From Zygnema circumcarinatum SAG 698-1b (Eukaryota > Plantae > Zygnematophyceae): DNA of 64,000 bases. The position numbers were made by a program, and so were the translations under genes. The stretch lies in contig CM074807.1 of NCBI GenBank assembly GCA_037447605.1, positions 1,302,001-1,366,000 of the forward strand, in the 5' to 3' direction. The notes under the pieces were generated by a model. That model saw only the letters and a list, made by a program, of their open reading frames with translations. It did no database searches and was not told where the DNA came from. Positions 60,701 through 64,000 of this stretch are shown in pieces (position 1 is the stretch's first letter; every line of letters starts with the position of its first letter).

Positions 60701-63299
60701 CTACTGGCTGCCCCCTTTGTCCGCGGACCGCAGGGGCTTTCATCTACCAGCTCGGAAATTCTCATCGATGATGGCGGACGATTCTCACCCCTCCCCTCAG
60801 AGCCTTCTGTTCCATTCACTAACGGCGTATGGAAATTCTCGGCGTCGCGCCACGATTCCCAACTGCGATTCCATCTCCGGACTGAGAAGAAGATGGTGGC
60901 CCGATTCTTGAGGCGTCGCAGTAGCCCGACCTCCATGGCCTTGGTGGCCCAAGTACATTGAAACGCACCCCATTTCGCACCCCAGCGGCAGCTCTGCTCC
61001 CAGGCCGCCCAGCCCTCGAGATGGGTGAGATCCCAATACTGTAGCGTCGGGATTGGAACATTGACTTACGCACCCCATCCCCGGCTCGGCACCCCCTCAC
61101 ACAGCTACATTCGAGTGCTTCTAGCGGGTAGGCAGAATACCGTAAGTGGGTAGAGGTTCCGCGGCCTACTTGAGAATCTAAGCATTGTCCCACTACGCTT
61201 TCGCCTCGGCGGCCGCCATTCACGCCACTCTACACCTACTTCATCCCTTTCGACCTTGGCCTTAGAATACAAGGAGCATTTGCCAAGCTTCATGCGGGGC
61301 CGCATGTTCACACCACACCTCCGGCCCGTATTCCCCGGGGAATGGAAGCTGCCGAGCGGCCTGATGGGGCGGTCAGGATGCGTCGCGTGTCCGGCTGACT
61401 GCGGTAGGCGGGCCCAGCTGGCGAGGCATCCCACTCCACGATAACCGCATTATAACGCCTCGTCCGCTCCTCGCGGAAAAGCCTGCTCCTACGAGCTCCC
61501 TCATGGTAGTAAGCCCCGCATTCCCACTTGACCTCTCTCTCTTGAGCCCTGCTTCTCTGATGGCCAGCGCCTCCCGGTCCGGGTCGCCCAGCTCGGCTCC
61601 TGTCAGCTTAAACCCTAGATTCATGGCCTCCCACCACCTCGAGCAGCGCCTGAGGCGGCAAACTCACAGAGCTTTGGGAAGCTGTAGGCGTCTTCTTTCT
61701 CTCCTTGTCGAGGTAGCGCCGTCAGCTCATTTGGCTCGAGGAATCTTTACCCGGAAACCGACTCAGCGGGCTTTAAAGGTGGTTGGGCCCACTGCATTTG
61801 TGTCGATTAAAGTGGAGATCGGGATTGCCCAGGCCGTCATTGGAAAGGCCACGGCTGAGTGAAACGCCCGGCCAGCGTTACTTGCTTGGTCGGCGATGCG
61901 TCTGCCACGTCGTGGTTCCTCACGCTGATAGGCGTTAGCGACCGGCAATAGCGGCCTCCTCCCGATACCCCCTGCCATGGCTGACTCACTACTCCTTGGT
62001 CCATTTCTAATTCATACACTTTTTCAAACTTAAGCCCGCATTCTTTGTCGGCCCGTAACTTTTCGATTTCAATTTGATAGCCTCCTCATCCACCTCGACT
62101 CCCGTAGATACTCCCCCATTTCCGAATGTACGCGGAAGCTTCTCCAGACGGCCGCCGACTCGCCTCGCGCGGCCCCCCGTCCACGTCATCATGGTCCCCT
62201 CCCCTGCCCTTTGTCTCTTCTTCCTTGCGCTTGATGCGCGATGGCTGTTTTCCCGGCGTATGCTTCTGAGATGTATCGCGAATTTACTTGCGTTAAGCGG
62301 ATTTGCGTCGATCCGATTAGCCGCGGCGTATGCCTCTTAAAGTGTCCTTGGGATCAGCGGAATCGAGGGCGCCAGCGGAGATTTAGAAGCTGGCGCCAAA
62401 TGCGTTGGCGGCCAGCGGAGCGGCACACCATCCGTAGCGCACCGGAGCGCTTACGCCAAGATACGCCCGATTATCATTAAGTTGACTATCGAAGGCTCCA
62501 TTAGTGGTCGGGCCTCTCGATTAGGCCGATTATTATCGAGAAGGCTATCCTTCACTTAGGCTAAAGATCATTGTCGATGTTAAGTAGATGGGATGTCGAT
62601 GATCTTTGTTTGTCTTTTAGTCTTTGGGCTTGATACTTTGTATTTCTTTGTGTGGTTTGTTGTCTTGTTTTGCTTTCTTCTTTTCCTGGCCTACACTCTT
62701 GATTCTGGTGTGAGATCTTGTAGTAAAGAGAGAGAGAGAAGGGATTCCGTGCCATAGATAGAGAGAGAGAGAAAGACTCTTCTTCGGCATTAGCATTTAG
62801 GCGTCCCCATTAGGCCGGCTAGACAAAGATTTGATTGAGAAAACGATTACGTTATATAATGGCATTCCCGACCAACCGGCGGTACGGGGTGAGTTCAAAG
62901 ATCTGACCTTTATCTAAGTTGAGCAACTTTGTTTTTCCCTTCTTTGTCACTATGCCAAAATTTGCCATCTTGTCCTAATCTCTGCCTTAAGCTTATCCCA
63001 ATGACGATGATAGCGAAACTGGTACAAGAGACTAGCCAGGAAGACGGGGAAGGAAAACCCCAAGGGAGATAGCCGGCATCGAATCGGCCGCGTTGGGAAC
63101 ATCTTCGGGATCCCCTCTACGTCTTAAAAGCTGCGGCGTACCTCCCCGAATCCCGGATCACGGCTCTATCTTTGCCGAGCGGACCCACAGAACCAACCCA
63201 ACCCTTCATTAGTTTCGCCCTTGCGGGCTGGCGGTAAACGTCACGCTGCGACTAGCTCGGCTGGCCAGTCTGTTTAGCCCCACTTATCTTTCATCTTTA
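54710..63299 (+). mobile_element. Family A full-length copy A2 (5' LTR 54710-55683, 3' LTR ~62272-63299), un-nested but very indel-rich
   Basis: Starts TGTAGCGTAA; TSD CGGG; nucleotide collinearity with the A1 gag, AP, RT, RH (RWVMKLDANVLKVTHRPGRSHGNADGLSR at 60255-60370) and INT. Confidence 0.82.
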
Positions 63300-64000
63300 C
63301 GGGCTTTACTAAAACTCACCTAATCTCGCTCGTCTTGCCGAAGTAAGGCATCGCTCTTCTCCCGTCTTAGCGACCCGGATGTATGGCGTCGTCTGATGCT
63401 AAATGATACGGTATGATATGATGCGATGCGATACGTGCGGTCCAACATGAACTCTAACATAATGCGCCCGTCTACATTAAGTACTTACTTGAACATATAT
63501 ATGTCACAAATTAATATTTTCGCCTCATATTGGCGGAACCGGGGTGATATAGGGAACCCCACTACTTTGTGGTGCTAGGAAAATGATGTTTGATTGAACT
63601 CACGATGGCAAGGCCATCAAATGTACATGGAGAAAATCGACATAAGGAACCAAAAGAAGCGGTCACAATGGACATAAGGACCAAGTGAAAGCCTTGGAAA
63701 CGGAAATGAACTTCTAGCGCCAACAACCGGCACTAGAAGCGGCGGAGTCGCCAATGTGTGGGGCGTCGTGCGGGAAGAGGCGAGGAAGACCACCGGGGTG
63801 GCGGAGTCCCAACAGATAGCGACACGTCGAAGGATGATGGAAACAAGACACGGTATGTAAGGCGGCAGGCTCGTTAATGCGATAAAAAGTTATGAATCGG
63901 GGAGGCTTCGGGGGTGCATCTGAAGAGGCGATGAGCACTAAGCGAAGGAAGACTTCAACCCGAGCATCAAAGGCTGACCAAAAATTTGAGCCGCCAATGG

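Larger units (their letters stand above)
52340..63564. mobile_element. MITE copy 2 (same family as 16920), in three pieces: 52340-52379, 54550-54709, 63300-63564
   Basis: TA|CAGT start. caatattttcgccccgattttgccgaaaccacctttttgtacgg matches 16966-17007, and 63405-63540 matches 17240-17369. The right end is degraded. Confidence 0.75.

Noticed and set aside
54710-63299. Extreme age or hypermutation of A2 and much of 19.4-46.7 kb
   Set aside because: Dense short indels next to near-perfect patches look like uncorrected long-read consensus. Decay cannot be inferred.

Overview
Eukaryotic, intron-rich DNA of plant/streptophyte-alga type (GT-AG introns, plant-type cytosolic MDH, CSLA/CSLC-like and presenilin sequences; a zygnematophyte-like alga is my inference, not a database result). 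Bases 1-15 kb hold three spliced genes: cytosolic malate dehydrogenase (5'-partial), a bacterial-type AmiE/AmiF aliphatic amidase with six introns, and a CSLA/CSLC-like GT2 glycan synthase. Bases 16-47 kb are one nested transposon stack: a Tc1/mariner-type MITE whose right TIR is split by a Ty3/gypsy element (family A, 4-bp TSD). That element contains three related gypsy copies (family B, chromodomain visible in two), solo LTRs and tRNA-bearing TRIMs, and an inversion marked by cross-paired LTRs. A second copy of the same MITE (52.3-63.6 kb) again holds family A insertions. Between the two nests is an intact, intronless 362-aa TET/JBP-family Fe(II) dioxygenase ORF (47375-48463), followed by decayed host-gene fragments. 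The TET-like gene is the top candidate for a novel system. Next are the TRIMs with tRNA-like LTRs, the apparent MITE-targeting of family A, and its unusual LTR/PBS junction. Much of the nest sequence is indel-rich and gapped and looks like low-accuracy long-read fill, so frameshifts there may not be biological.
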